This document shows positions 12,930 to 28,605 of a stretch of DNA of 64,000 nucleotides, one piece after another. Below the pieces are notes generated by a model that saw only the letters and a list, made by a program, of their open reading frames with translations, was not told the origin of the DNA and did no database searches. This DNA comes from Eledone cirrhosa. Taxonomy: Eukaryota. The position numbers were made by a program, and so were the translations under genes. Each line of letters opens with the position of its first letter. Within the stretch, counting starts at the first letter, position 1. The stretch spans positions 2,914,001 through 2,978,000 of the forward strand of contig OZ024763.1 of assembly GCA_964016885.1 (NCBI GenBank), given 5' to 3'.

Positions 12930-13521
12930 GTGTATATATATATATATATACACACACACATCTATATATATATTTATATACATATCTCTCTCTATGTATA
13001 TATGCACCTATCTATATATATATATATATACATATCTCTCTCTCTATATATATAGATACATATCTCTCTCTCTATATATAGATACATATCTCTCTATATA
13101 TATATACACCTATCTATATATTCATCTCTATATACACACCTATCTATATATATATATATATATACATATCTCTCTCTCTATATATATATACACACACCTA
13201 TCTATATATTCATCTCTATATACACACCTCTCTCTCTATATATATATACACCCCTCTCTCTATATACCTATCTTTCTCTATATATACACCCCTCTATCTC
13301 TCTCCTGTGAGACGCTATAGTTCTCACTACATCTAGTTGAAAATCCTCTCTACAAGACTGAATGGCAGTTGTAACAACGTTGTTGGCCTTACCATAAACA
13401 GGTGGATACTAGTATCTCTGTGTGTGTATACACACACACAGACACAGAGAGAAATCTATACAGACTCTGCATCTTGTATTGAGTACTCCCATGATTAGTG
13501 GTCTCTCCGGTCTCAGCACAG

Positions 13522-13591
<70 letters not shown>

Positions 13592-13675
13592 TAGTGTCTT
13601 CCCCAAAATGTATATACACTAATAATTATTGCCTGTACAGGTAATCAAAACGTGTATATATTTTTGGGACACCCT
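13592..13675. mobile_element. MITE M1 copy
   Basis: gtgtcttccccaaaatgtatatacac...gtgtatatatttttgggacaccct. Confidence 0.65.
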
Positions 13676-14019
<344 letters not shown>

Positions 14020-14059
14020 ATAAATTAACGGAGGCATAGGCCCTCACTATTCCTTGTAA

Positions 14060-14178
14060 ATAATTGTTTCTACTTTAGGCACAAGGCCAGCAATTACCCA
14101 GTGCATTACTGGTACTTTATTTTATCGACCCCATAAGGATGAAAGGTAAAGTCAACCTCGGCGGGATTTGAACTCAGA
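14060..14178 (-). mobile_element. SINE A, 5' truncated
   Basis: Family consensus up to the B-box. Confidence 0.85.
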
Positions 14179-14230
14179 TTCCCTGTAAATAATGTGCTCA
14201 AAGGAGAAGAGATCCTGAGCTCTTTAAAAT

Positions 14231-14271
<41 letters not shown>

Positions 14272-14809
14272 TAGCTTGTTTTTCTCTCTCCATCTAAACG
14301 TGTCTCTACCTATTGTCAGTGTGTCAGTCTATTTATTTGACAACTATTCCTGTTCACATTACTGACACACACACCACCACCACCACACACCTTTATTCAA
14401 CGCTAATCAGCGCCAGAACAGGTATGTTGGACATATTTTCACTGAGGTTTTTTCCTCAATTTCACACACACAAACACATACATATATATATATTTATATA
14501 TATTTACAAGAGGTCACGTAGGTGTATATATGTATATCTGTATGTCATTCACTGATTAAATCTATCCCAAGTATATAACTGGTTTTACATGAGAGAATTG
14601 AGTAGATAGGCGATCGACTCTAGGTATCTTTGAATGTTTTCACTCAGGTTTTTTCTACAATTTCCCACACAAACGTACATACAAGAAGCCATGGATATTT
14701 TAACGTGTGTGTGTATGTGTATATATATATATATAAATTTTAGTACAGCATTAACAAAGCTTTAGTTCGCGGCCAAGCTAACGAATGCAAATTGGGTATA
14801 GTACCCCAG

Positions 14810-14845
<36 letters not shown>

Positions 14846-14846
<1 letters not shown>

Positions 14847-15185
14847 GGCACATGGCTTAGTGGTTAGAGCATTGGCCTTGCAATCGAAAGGTTGTGAGTT
14901 CAATTCTCAGACCGGGTGATGTGTTGTTTCCTTGAGCAAGACACTTTATTTCACATTGCTCCAGTTTACTCAGCTGTAGAAATGAGATGATAGGGACTGG
15001 GGTCCCTATCATTCCACTGCAGAGTGGTCGTGGAGGTGCCACGACAAAAAAGCACCCAGCACTCACTGTAAATGAGGTTGGTGTTAGGAAGGGCATCCAG
15101 CTGTAGAAATCAAGCCAGAATCAGTTCCCGTCCCACCTTGCAAGCAGGGAAAAGTGGACGTAAAATGAAATGATGATGATGATGA
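14846..15185 (+). mobile_element. CORE-SINE family B, full length, RTE-type tail
   Basis: A-box tggcttagtggttagagc; B-box gagttcaattc; MIR-CORE-like ccttgagcaagacactt...cagtttactcagctgtagaaatg; tail ...ggacgtaaaatgaaa(tga)n. Confidence 0.9.
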
Positions 15186-15302
15186 TACACACACACCGTG
15201 CCATGGATATTTTAACATGTGTGTAACATTAGTTGATTAAATGTACCCTGAGTGTTTGACTGGTATCTTATGAGACTATTTAGGCTATCGACCTCAGGTT
15301 TC

Positions 15303-15626
15303 ATCATTCATCATCATTTCATTTTATGTCCGCTGCAAGGGTGGGACGGGAACTGATTCTGGCTTGATTTCTACAGCTGGATGCCCTTCCTAACACCAAC
15401 CTCATTTACAGTGAGTGCTGGGTGCTTTTTTGCCGTGGCGCCTACATGACCACTTTGCAGTGGAATAATAGGGACCCCAGTCCTATCATCTCATTTCTAT
15501 TGTTGAGTAAACTGGAGCAATGTGAAATAAAGTGTCTTGCTGAAGGAAACAACACATCACCCGGTCTGAGAATTGAACTTACAACATTTCGATTGCTAGC
15601 CCAATGCTCTAACCACTAAGCCATGT
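15303..15626 (-). mobile_element. CORE-SINE B, inverted relative to 14846 copy
   Basis: Reverse complement of family B. Confidence 0.9.
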
Positions 15627-15679
15627 GTCGAACAATATTTCAATCATAGGGTTTTTTACCTCAATTTTCCACATAGACA

Positions 15680-15743
<64 letters not shown>

Positions 15744-15798
15744 CGACCCATGTACCCATACACACACACGTACAAGGGTCACAGTTGTTTTAACTTAC

Positions 15799-15829
<31 letters not shown>

Positions 15830-15830
<1 letters not shown>

Positions 15831-16127
15831 GTGGTTAGAGCATTGGCCTTGCAATCGAAAAGTTGTGAGTTCAATTCTCAGACCGGGTGATGTGTTGTTT
15901 CCTTGAGCAAGACACTTTATTTCACATTGCTCCAGTTTACTCAGCTGTAGAAATGAGATGATAGGGACTGTGGTCGTGGAGGTGCTACGGCAAAAAAGCA
16001 CCCAGCACTCACTGTAAATGAGGTTGGTGTTAGGAAGGGCATCCAGCTGTAGAAATCAAGCCTGAATCAGTTCCCGTCCCACCCTTGCAAGCAGGGAAAA
16101 GCGGACGTAAAATGAAATGATGATGAT
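15830..16127 (+). mobile_element. CORE-SINE B with small internal deletion
   Basis: Family B sequence lacking the gtccctatcattccactgc segment. Confidence 0.9.
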
Positions 16128-16240
16128 AGGAGAAAGTATGACCCCGACGGCTAATATGTATATAACGAAGGAAGTGTGGTAAGAAACCAGGTGGACCATA
16201 ACGCACCAGAGTACTGAATACTTTGGGTAGTAGATTTTTC

Positions 16241-16281
<41 letters not shown>

Positions 16282-16449
16282 TACACGTGTCATGCATTGA
16301 TTGAATGTAACCCCGATTATTTGACTGGTATTTTATGAGAGTGAAGGAGAGTGATAGTAGATTGATGTTAGGTATGAGGTGGTGTTAGTGGTGATGATAT
16401 AGTCGAGACCCAAATAAATCTTGACAGTATTGGAGCTAACAACAATAAA

Positions 16450-17160
16450 AATAATGGTTTCTGATTAAGACACAAGGCCAACAATTTGGGGGAGGGGAAA
16501 GTTAATTAAATCAACCTCCAGTATATTACTGGTACTTTATTTTATCGACCCTGTAAGGAATAGTAATGGTTTCTGATTTAGGCAAAAGGCCAACATTTTT
16601 ATTTTTTAGTGCAGTTGGGGGAATTGATTAAATCAACCCAAGTGCATTACTGGTACTTTATTTTATCAACCCTGAAAGGAATAATAATAATAATAATAAT
16701 TGTTTCTACTTTTGGCACAAGGCCAGCAATTACCCCAGTGTATTACTGGTACTTTATTTTATCGACCCTGTAAGGATGAAAGGCAAAGTTAACCTCGGTG
16801 GGATTTGAACTCAGAAAGGCAAGGCCCGTAACTCTATGCGTCAAAGCATGGCGTCCGACCCTCTACCGATACTGTCAATCCACCGCTTTATATATATATA
16901 TATAATTATATATAATTGTTTCTACATTAGGCACAAGGCCAGCAATTACCCAGTGCATTACTGGTACTTTATTTTATCGACCCCGTAAGGATGAAAGGCA
17001 AAGTCAACCTCGGCGGGATTTGAACTCAGAATAATGATTTCTGATATAGGTACAAGACCAGCATTTTTTTTAGTGCAGGTGGGGAGAGAGTATTAAATTG
17101 ATCCAGTGTGTTACTGGTACTTTATTTTATTGAACCCCGTGTGAGGATGAAAGGCAAGAA
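16450..17160 (-). mobile_element. Cluster of five SINE A copies
   Basis: Five repeats of ctggtactttatttta in one orientation; one extends to the tRNA head (~16890). Confidence 0.85.
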
Positions 17161-17279
17161 TGATCTTGATATCTTTTTTTATTAGGAACATAGGGTTCAC
17201 ATTAAGGGGACAATAAGGACGGTGCAGTGTTGGGTGGGGTGGGTGAAAGAAAAGTTTATAACAGACTAAAAACAGGTAA

Positions 17280-17840
17280 ATTTATAGAACACCCCACTCG
17301 ATTTCAGTGGGGAAAAAAACATTTTATCCTTGTTTTTCATCTGCTAACATCCAATCTAACCTCCAAGATTCTGGCAACCCCGGAGAACAGCAGAGGGTGG
17401 AGTGGCCCACTCCCTCAGATAACCCTCCTCCTCGGAGTTTTCCCCACAACCTTTTTTTTTTTAGTATGTTATCAGTGACTCTGACCTCCAAACCAGCTGG
17501 AAACAACTAGATTTATAGAAAAAGTAGCCTGAAAGGGGCTGAAAAGACCCTCAGAGTTTCATGTTTGGTGAGAAATAATTGTTTCCTGGTTTATTTCTGG
17601 ATATCTTAGATCTTTGAAATCGACTTTTTCCCCGGAAAACTAACTCTTAACCTAACCCTAACCCTAACCTTAATCCGGGGAAAAATCCCATTGCAAGCAT
17701 CTAAGAGGTACAGAAAAAAGTTGTAAAAACTTGAATGCCAGAATCTTGTCAGTTAGATTAGTTGATAACACACACATACAGAAAGAGGGGGAAAAATGTT
17801 TTCCCCTACTGAAATCAAATGGGGATGTTTTTCTATAACA
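17280..17840. mobile_element. Fold-back element with ~100-bp degenerate inverted arms and internal (taaccc)n
   Basis: ccccactcgatttcagtggggaaaaaaacattt vs aaatgttttcccctactgaaatcaaatgggg; aagattctggca vs tgccagaatctt. Confidence 0.5.
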
Positions 17841-18221
17841 CCCTCCTCCAAAATCAAACAGAACAAATTCCCCCTGTGGGGGTCACTCGTGGAGAAAACC
17901 CCACACTGGGTTCACATTAAGTAAACATTAAATACGATAGCAGATAGATTACAAAGTTAGATACATTTTTGGTGATCGTGAGGCGATGGTCGGTTGTAAG
18001 TTGATAAAACAACCACCAACCCTTTCACCACTCGACAATGAACACAACCACCAACCCTAGTATCTAATGTGTGTATATTAGTGTGTATATAACATAGATT
18101 AGAGGCTCTACATAACTTTGTTTCCTAGTAACTTTATTAAGACACAATTTCCAGATAAATAAATCAATGTGTACATGAAAATTACGTTAATACTCCTCCC
18201 CCCCCCCCCCCCCAAAAAAAA

Positions 18222-18495
18222 AACCCTGAGGGTGTGTGGCCCTGAGCTATAGCTTATAGGTGAGTCCAGCACTGGCTACACTGAGGCCCTCAAGGGTGTT
18301 TGACCCCCTAAGCTTTAGCTTACAGGTATATCCAGCACTGTACACAGTCCTTCCTGAGGGTGTGTGGACCCTAAGCTATAGCTTATTAGTTTATATGTAA
18401 GACCAGCACTGACTACACTGAGGCCCCTCCCCTAGAGCATGTGGGCCCCAAAGTTATAGCTTACCAAACTTATAGTGAAGTCTATCCAGCACTGC
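18222..18495. repeat. ~65-70-bp degenerate tandem repeat x4
   Basis: gagggtgtgtgg.ccct.agctatagctta...ccagcactg units. Confidence 0.75.
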
Positions 18496-18957
18496 TCCCT
18501 AGAGAAATTTAACGTCGGTGGGATTTTAAAACACAGAATATAATAGTTCCATTTTATGATAGATGCTTAGAAATACTTGTAAACCCCATGAAGGATCTGT
18601 CATTGTCATGGTCGAGATACTTTACAATTGTATATGCTATGACCCACAGGTATTTAATGAAGTGTTAATTAGAGCTGATAAGTTTATATATGTATTTATT
18701 GCCTCCAGAGAGAAGGCCATGGAAAGACTTTTATTAGCTCAGAGGGAATTTCTTTAGTTGGTTGTAAAATGTTATAATTCTATGGAGGATTGTGTATGTA
18801 TGTAACTCTCAATACACAGAGGTGTGTGTGTATGTATGTATGTATATGTGTATATATACATATGTTTGTGTGTATATGTATGCATATGTGTATGTATATA
18901 TGTATACGTGTGTGTATATATATATATATGTACACATACACGTGTCCCTATATATAA

Positions 18958-18992
<35 letters not shown>

Positions 18993-19293
18993 TCTTTCCC
19001 TCTCTCTCTCTCCCTCCCTCTCTCTCCCTCCCTCTCTCTCTCTCTCTCTCCCTCTCTACCTCTCTCTATTTTTCCCTCTCTCCCTCTATATACCTATATA
19101 AGCACATGCATCTGTGTATATATATATATATATATATATCTGTGTTTATATATATATATATATATGTGTGTGTTTATATATGTATGTGTGTGTTTATATA
19201 TATATATGTATGTGTGTGTTTATATATATATATATGTATGTATGTGTTTATATATATATATATAAACACATACATACATATATATATATATAA

Positions 19294-19329
<36 letters not shown>

Positions 19330-19491
19330 GTGTGTGATAGTAAAAAGTGTAGAAATTGGAATCTAAACAACAATACGGAAGTAAGACGCGGTATGATCAA
19401 TGAATGGTATTAGTTTACTACTGAGAGGAAATGGTATGACTGACACACATATATATATATATATTATATATTATATATACACTCACATATA

Positions 19492-19768
19492 TCATCATCA
19501 TTTCATTTTACGTCCGCTTTTCCCTGCTTGCAAGGGTGGGACGGGAACTGATTCTGGCTTGATTTCTACAGCTGGATGCCCTTCCTAACACCAACCTCAT
19601 TTACTGTGAGTGCTGGGTGCTTTTTACCGTGGCACCTCCACGACCACTTTACAGTGGAATGATAGGGACCCCAGTCCCTATCATCTCATTTCTACAGCTG
19701 AGTAAACTGGAGCAATGTGAAATAAAGTGTCTTGCTCAAGGAAACAACACATCACCTGGTCCGAGAAT
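19492..19768 (-). mobile_element. CORE-SINE B, 5' truncated
   Basis: Reverse complement of family B without the tRNA head. Confidence 0.88.
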
Positions 19769-19899
19769 ATATATATATATATATACACTGATATATATGT
19801 ATAGACACTCACAGATGTATATTCATATATAAACTAACATACATATATATTTATATACACTGACACACAAACATATATGTATATATATTTATATATATA

Positions 19900-21860
<1,961 letters not shown>

Positions 21861-22384
21861 CATGTTTAGACAGATATGGTGGCTGCCAACTCGTTTTCGA
21901 GTACGGCCACTACTTTATATCCATGTAGGGGAACCCCTACCGATGCGCTGAACGAGTGTGACTTTTAAGTCCAGCCAGCGACTTGAAAACTCTGGTACAA
22001 ACACTACATTTGTGACAATTATTGACACACAGTGCTGGGCCCATGGTACCATGTGAGGACAAGTGCAGAGAGATCTCCAGATATAAAGCAATGCCTGTGC
22101 CATGAAGCTTTTATAGTGAGCAAAGGCACTGCACAAAGCCAGTCCCACTCTCTTAACCAAGATGATATTTACCAAAAAGAAGAACAAGTCAACATCATTG
22201 GATACCATCAGGGTGGCAGGTGTTATATCAGAGTTTTCCTTCTCCTAGAATTCTGCCTTGACAAAGGCTAAGGGGTCATCTCTCCCGAGATGACAGATAT
22301 ATATATATATATATACATACATACATACACACACATGTTTAGACAGATATATATATATATAGACATATAGACACAAGCACACAG

Positions 22385-22425
<41 letters not shown>

Positions 22426-22467
22426 AACCACATATCTATATCGGAATGAATGTGGAACAGTGTAAAG

Positions 22468-22805
22468 TCCTACTCACCCCAACCACCAGTCCTTCTCACC
22501 CCAACCACCTGTCCTTCTCACCCCAACCACCTGTCCTTCTCACCCCAACCACCTGTCCTTCTCACCCCAACCACCAGTCCTTCTCACCCCAACCACCAGT
22601 CCTTCTCACCCCAACCACCAGTCCTTCTCACCCCAACCACCTGTCCTTCTCACCCCAACCACCAGTCCTTCTCACCCCAACCACCAGTCCTTCTCACCCC
22701 AACCACCAGTCCTTCTCACCCCAACCACCAGTCCTTCTCACCCCAACCACCAGTCCTTCTCACCCCAACCACCAGTCCTTCTCACCCCAACCACCAGTCC
22801 TTCTC
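22468..22805. repeat. 22-bp minisatellite, ~15 copies
   Basis: Unit ccttctcaccccaaccacc(a/t)gt. Confidence 0.95.
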
Positions 22806-22936
22806 TACTACTGAAATACTGACATGGAGAAAATGTTTTAATGTTTACTAAATCTGTTATGTTAGCTCTAAGGTTACATAGCTTCTTTCTCTGTCTTCTA
22901 CATTCAGGGAAACGGTTGTGTTTGTGTGTGTGTGTG

Positions 22937-22989
<53 letters not shown>

Positions 22990-23057
22990 CTTGTTCCTTG
23001 GAAATCTTTACCAATATTGTGTGTGTAGATATATAAATATATATAATATATATATAA

Positions 23058-23385
23058 TGGAGGCTCATGGCTTAGTGGCTAGAACATTGGCCTGGCAATC
23101 GAAAGGTTGTGAGTTCAATTCTCAGACCGGGTTTCCTTGAGCAAAACACTTTATTTCACATTGCTCCAGTTTACTCAGCTGTAGAAATGAGATGATAGGG
23201 ACTACGGTCCATATCATTCCACTGCAAAGTGGTCGTGGAGCCGCCACAGCAAAAAAGCACCCAGCACTCACTGTAAATGAGGTTGGTGTTAGGAAGGGCA
23301 TCCAGCTGTAGAAATCAAGCCAGAATCAGTTCCCATCCCACCTTTGCAAGCAGGGAAAAAGCGGACTTAAAAACGAATGATGATG
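23058..23385 (+). mobile_element. CORE-SINE B
   Basis: Family B head, core and tail. Confidence 0.9.
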
Positions 23386-23792
23386 ATATAATTTTCCCTT
23401 GGATATCTTTACCAAACCATAATTGTATGTGTGTTTATATACATATATATACACACACATGTCTATGTGTATATATATATATGCAAAAAGTAAATAGAAA
23501 TAACAAAGCAAACACAGTACAATGAAGACGTGTATGTGTGTATATATATGTGTGTGTGTGTGTGTAGTCATATATTATTAGAGAAACTTGTATTCTTTAC
23601 ATATATATAAACATGTTTTGGAATTGCCATATGTTTAGTATTTGCATTACTCTATATTTACTATCATATTTTCATGGTAGTCTTTACCTCACATAATACC
23701 GAATCTATGAGATATTGATGTTATATATTTTGAGAACAATATCTTAACAGCAGTATGAATGGCCAAGTATGGCTGGTTTAAATGTTAAAATG

Positions 23793-25461
23793 TTAACCCT
23801 TTACCATTTACATCATTCTATATTTACTATTATATTTCCTCACTAAAGACTTACCTCACATAAATCTCACATAACATTTACATTACTCTATATATACTAT
23901 TGTATTTTCACAGTAAAGGCTTTACCTCACATAATATCTCACATAACATTTACATTACTCTAGATATACTATTGTATTTTCACAGTAAAGGCTTTACCTT
24001 ACATAATATCTCACATAACATTTACATTACTCTATATACACTATTGTATTTTCACAGTAAAGGCTTTACTTCACATAATATCTCACATAACATTTACATT
24101 ACTCTATATATACTATTGTATTTTCACAGTAAAGGCTTTACCACACATATCTCACATAACATTTACATTACTCTATATATACTATTGTATTTTCACAGTT
24201 AAGGCTTTACCTTACATAATATCTCACATAACATTTACATTACTCTATATATACTATTGTATTTTCACAGTAAAGGCTTTACCACACATAATATTTCACA
24301 TAACATTTACATTACTCTATATATACTATTGTATTTTCACAGTAAAGGCTTTACCACACATAATATCTCACATAACATTTACATAACTCTATATATACTA
24401 TTGTATTTTCACAGTTAAGGCTTTAGCTCACATAATATCTCACATAACATTTACATTACTCTATATATACTATTGTATTGTCACAGTAAAGGCTTTAGCT
24501 CACATAATATCTCACATAACATTTACATTACTCTATATATACTATTGTATTGTCACAGTAAAGGCTTTAGCTCACATAATATCTCACATAACATTTACAA
24601 TACTCTATATATACTATTGTATGTTCACAGTAAAGGCTTTACCTCACATAATATCTCACATAACATTTACATTACTCTATATATACTATTGTATTTTCAC
24701 AGTTAAGGCTTTACCTCACATAATATCTCACATAACATTTACATTACTCTATATATACTATTGTATGTTCACAGTAAAGGCTTTACCTCACATAATATCT
24801 CACATAACATTTACATTACTCTATATATACTATTGTATGTTCACAGTAAAGGCTTTACCTCACATAATATCTCACATAACATTTACATAACTCTATATAT
24901 ACTATTGTATTGTCACAGTAAAGGCTTTAGCTCACATAATATCTCACATAACATTTACATTACTCTATATATACTATTGTATGTTCACAGTAAAGGCTTT
25001 ACCTCACATAATATCTCACATAACATTTACATTACTCTATATATACTATTGTATTTTCACAGTAAAGGCTTTACCTTACATAATACCTCACATAACCTTT
25101 ACATTACTCTATATACACTATTGTATGTTCACATACTGGATTTCCCAACACTGAAGATGCTCCGTCCTCGAGGACACACCCTAATTTTGTCAACCAAAAA
25201 TTTGAAAAAAAAAAATAATAAACCTTTGGCCTCCAGGATGGACGCATGGTAGATTTATGAGACACATTTTAGGAAAAAAGTAGCATCTTCGACGCCGGGA
25301 AATATGGTTGCTATATCACTTATCAAATCTATGAGATTTTGATGTTATATATTTTGAGAATAATTTTTTATCAGAATGAGTAACTAGTTACAGCCGGTTT
25401 GAACAGAAAGACGTGAGAGAATTCTGGCTAGATGTGGCCAGTTTAAATGCTAAAGAGTTAA
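23793..25461. mobile_element. piggyBac-like MITE expanded by a 72-bp minisatellite (~17 copies, 23873-25130) plus a nested insert (~25135-25308)
   Basis: TTAA-ccctttaccattta ... taaatgctaaagag-TTAA termini; unit acatttacattactctatatatactattgtattttcacagtaaaggctttacctcacataatatctcacata. Confidence 0.65.
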
Positions 25462-25634
25462 GGTGTAAGTGTGTTTTGAATACTAGTAAATATAAAACGG
25501 TCAGAACATTTAACATAATGAGCCACCCAGTACATGTGAAGAGAATGTGAATAGAAACACACACACATATATATATATATATGTATACATATACATATAT
25601 ATATATATATGTATATGTATACACACTCACACAG

Positions 25635-25665
<31 letters not shown>

Positions 25666-25976
25666 TTCATATATAGGAATATACACACATACACATATAT
25701 ATATGTATACACACTCACACACACACATATATGTGTACACACACACACATTCATATAAAGGCATATACACACATACACATATATTTATGTATACACACTC
25801 ATACACACACATATATATATAGGCATATGCATACACACATATATATATACACACACACACGTATATACATATATATATATGCATACACACACACATATAT
25901 ACACACACATACACACATATATATAGACCCACATGCATACAGACCCCCTCCCATATATATATCTGCATACACACCC

Positions 25977-26007
<31 letters not shown>

Positions 26008-26344
26008 TACACACTCACAAGCACATATATATATATATATATTATACAGACCCCCCCCCCATACACATGTGTATGCATGCACACACATATATATACACAA
26101 ATCCATAAACATACAGACCCCCCCCCCCACATATACACACAAGTATGCATACACAGACCCACACACATATACATATATATATATATCACCACTGAGACTC
26201 CAAGACCTTCTCCAAATACTTTGGACTTCGTAGCTTTATTTCTCGCTGCCATTTAGAAAAAAAAAAAAAAAGATGGTTTTGTATTTCCGAGTTACAGTAG
26301 ATAGAAATATAAAATACATTATACTTTATACATCATACATGTTG

Positions 26345-26935
26345 CTTGTAGTACTATTGCTGTTGTTGTAGTTTCATGTATAAGACCCCTACTACGACAC
26401 CCCATATTTGTGTTGAGAGCAGGGTTAACTATCATATATATGAAATAGAATTTATTTCATACAGGCTGATTGTATTACTGTTGGTGTTGTAGTTGTAGTT
26501 TCATGTATAAGACCTCCACTATGACACCCCTTATTTGTGTTGAGAGCAGGGTTAACTATCATATGAAATAGAATTTATTTCATACAGGCTGATTGTATTA
26601 CTGTTGTAGTTGTAGTTTCATGTATAAGACCCCCACTCCGACACCCCTTGTGTTGTGTTGAGAGAAGGGTTAGCTATTCTATATATGAAATAGAATTTAT
26701 TTTATATATGTTGATTGTATTACTGTAACTGTTGTAGTTGTATTGCAACTATAGTTTCATGCATAAGACCCCCACCACCATTACCACAACCACCACAACA
26801 CCCCCTTGTGTTGAGAACAGGGACTGCTATCACAATATGTATGAAATAAATGTTATTTCATACAGGTTAATTGTATTATAACTATTGCTGTTATTGTTGG
26901 TGGTGTTGTAGTTTTCGTGTATAAGACCCCTCCCC
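26345..26935. repeat. ~120-135-bp tandem repeat, ~5 copies
   Basis: gtagtttcatgtataagaccc...ttgtgttgaga...tgaaatagaatttatttcatacagg. Confidence 0.85.
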
Positions 26936-27163
26936 TCCACCATTTCAATTACTACTAATTGATATATCTGATGAAGTTGGTTCGATTTAATTGATTATAT
27001 ATTTGGGATTGGACCTACCTGTGTTTGTGTGATTATACATACATTGACGTATATATATATATACACACACACACACATGGCATATATATATATATATATA
27101 TACATATGCACGCACACATACATACACATACGTACAAAAACACACACACTTACATATATATGT

Positions 27164-27210
<47 letters not shown>

Positions 27211-27454
27211 ACACGTTAATTATCTGTGTTTTTCTCCTAATTAATATATATTTGTCTGTTTTCCTTGTGATCTACTTTAGTCTTAAAATCTGTTTCTATG
27301 TCAACTGGTAGATAAAGAAATAGGTTGCTGGGGGGAGGGGGAGAAAATCAATTGAATACCTTGCAGTGTTTACTACTTGTGTTGTGATGGCAGTTAAAAT
27401 ACTGCCAAGGTCAGTCAACTTTCCTGTTTTTATTATGAGGGTTGGATGAAAGAT

Positions 27455-27930
27455 GACTAAGATACTCTCATAGAATGGCCAAATGAGGCGTGTGGAGGGG
27501 GGGGGGGGGTAGTTTTTCAACATAGTCCCCCCTGGACTGGAAAGAAATAATGCAGTAATTAATAAGAGTTGAAATTAATGCATGCAAGATTTCACAGCTC
27601 TAGCATCACTCTTTCATAGGCTGACGAAGATACTCTCATGGAATGGCCAAATGGGGCGTGGCGTGGGGGGGGGGTAGTTTTTCAACATAGTCCCCTCTGG
27701 ACTGGAAAGAAATAATGCAGTAATTAATAAGAGTTGAGATTAATGCATACAAGATTTCACAGCTCTAGCATCACTCTTTCATAGGCTGACGAAGATACTC
27801 TCATGGAATGTGACCAAATGAGGCCCTGGGGGTGGTGGTGATGATATTTTTTTTCCAGCATACTCCCCTGGACTGGAAAGAAATAATGCAGTTGTTATTA
27901 AGAGTTGAAATTAATTCATGCAAGATTTCA
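27455..27930. repeat. ~165-bp tandem repeat x3
   Basis: aagatactctcat..gaat...ctggactggaaagaaataatgcagt...gagttga. Confidence 0.88.
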
Positions 27931-28068
27931 TATCACTGTTATAATGTATATATATCTACTTACATACACACACATACATATATACACACATTTATATATA
28001 TATATATATACATACATATATATACACATACATATATTTAAATACATATATATATATATATATATATA

Positions 28069-28605
28069 TTGCGTTGGTATGGACATGTGATGCGTATGAA
28101 GGATGACAGCTGCATAAAAAGGTGCAGAGCACTAGAAGTCGATGGAAACCGCGGAGTGGGGAGACCCAAGATGACCTGGGATGAGGGGATAAAAGCCGAC
28201 CTTACCCAATTACACCTCTCAAAGGCGATGACACACGACCGTGTCCTCTGGCGTAACGCAGTAATACAGAGTACCCGACCTCCCATGGGTACAAGCTGAA
28301 GCATATAGACAATATACCCCCACATCCCCCACTGCAAGGTGGTCGTGGAGGTGCTACGGCAAAAAAGCAACCCCCACTGTAAAGTGGACGTGTAGGCGCC
28401 ACGAAAAAGCACCCAGCACTCGCTGTAAATGAGGTTGGTGTTAGGAAGGGCATCCAGCTGTAGAAATCAAGCCAAATCAGTTCCTGTATGAGCAAGGCAT
28501 GGTCAGCCGACCAGACACTGCCCACAACAGGACAACCCGTCTAACCCATGCTAGCGTGGAAGAACGGACGTAAAACGGTGATGATGATGATGGTGATGAT
28601 GATGA
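28069..28605 (+). mobile_element. RTE-clade LINE 3' fragment
   Basis: LRWYGHVMRMKDDSCIKRC...GNRGVGRPKMTW C-terminal motif, 3'UTR and (gat)n tail. Confidence 0.88.

Noticed and set aside
14846-14925. tRNA gene
   Set aside because: A/B boxes belong to SINE heads; no complete cloverleaf.
22468-22805. Possible CRISPR-like array, or SH3-like EKDWWLG exon on the minus strand
   Set aside because: No spacers, eukaryotic context; the peptide match is too short and lies in the repeat.
26960-27000. CTGATGA core (also 1638, 8980, 25151, 27622, 40472, 58510, 61645)
   Set aside because: No properly placed stem II + GAAA + NUH; not counted as ribozymes.
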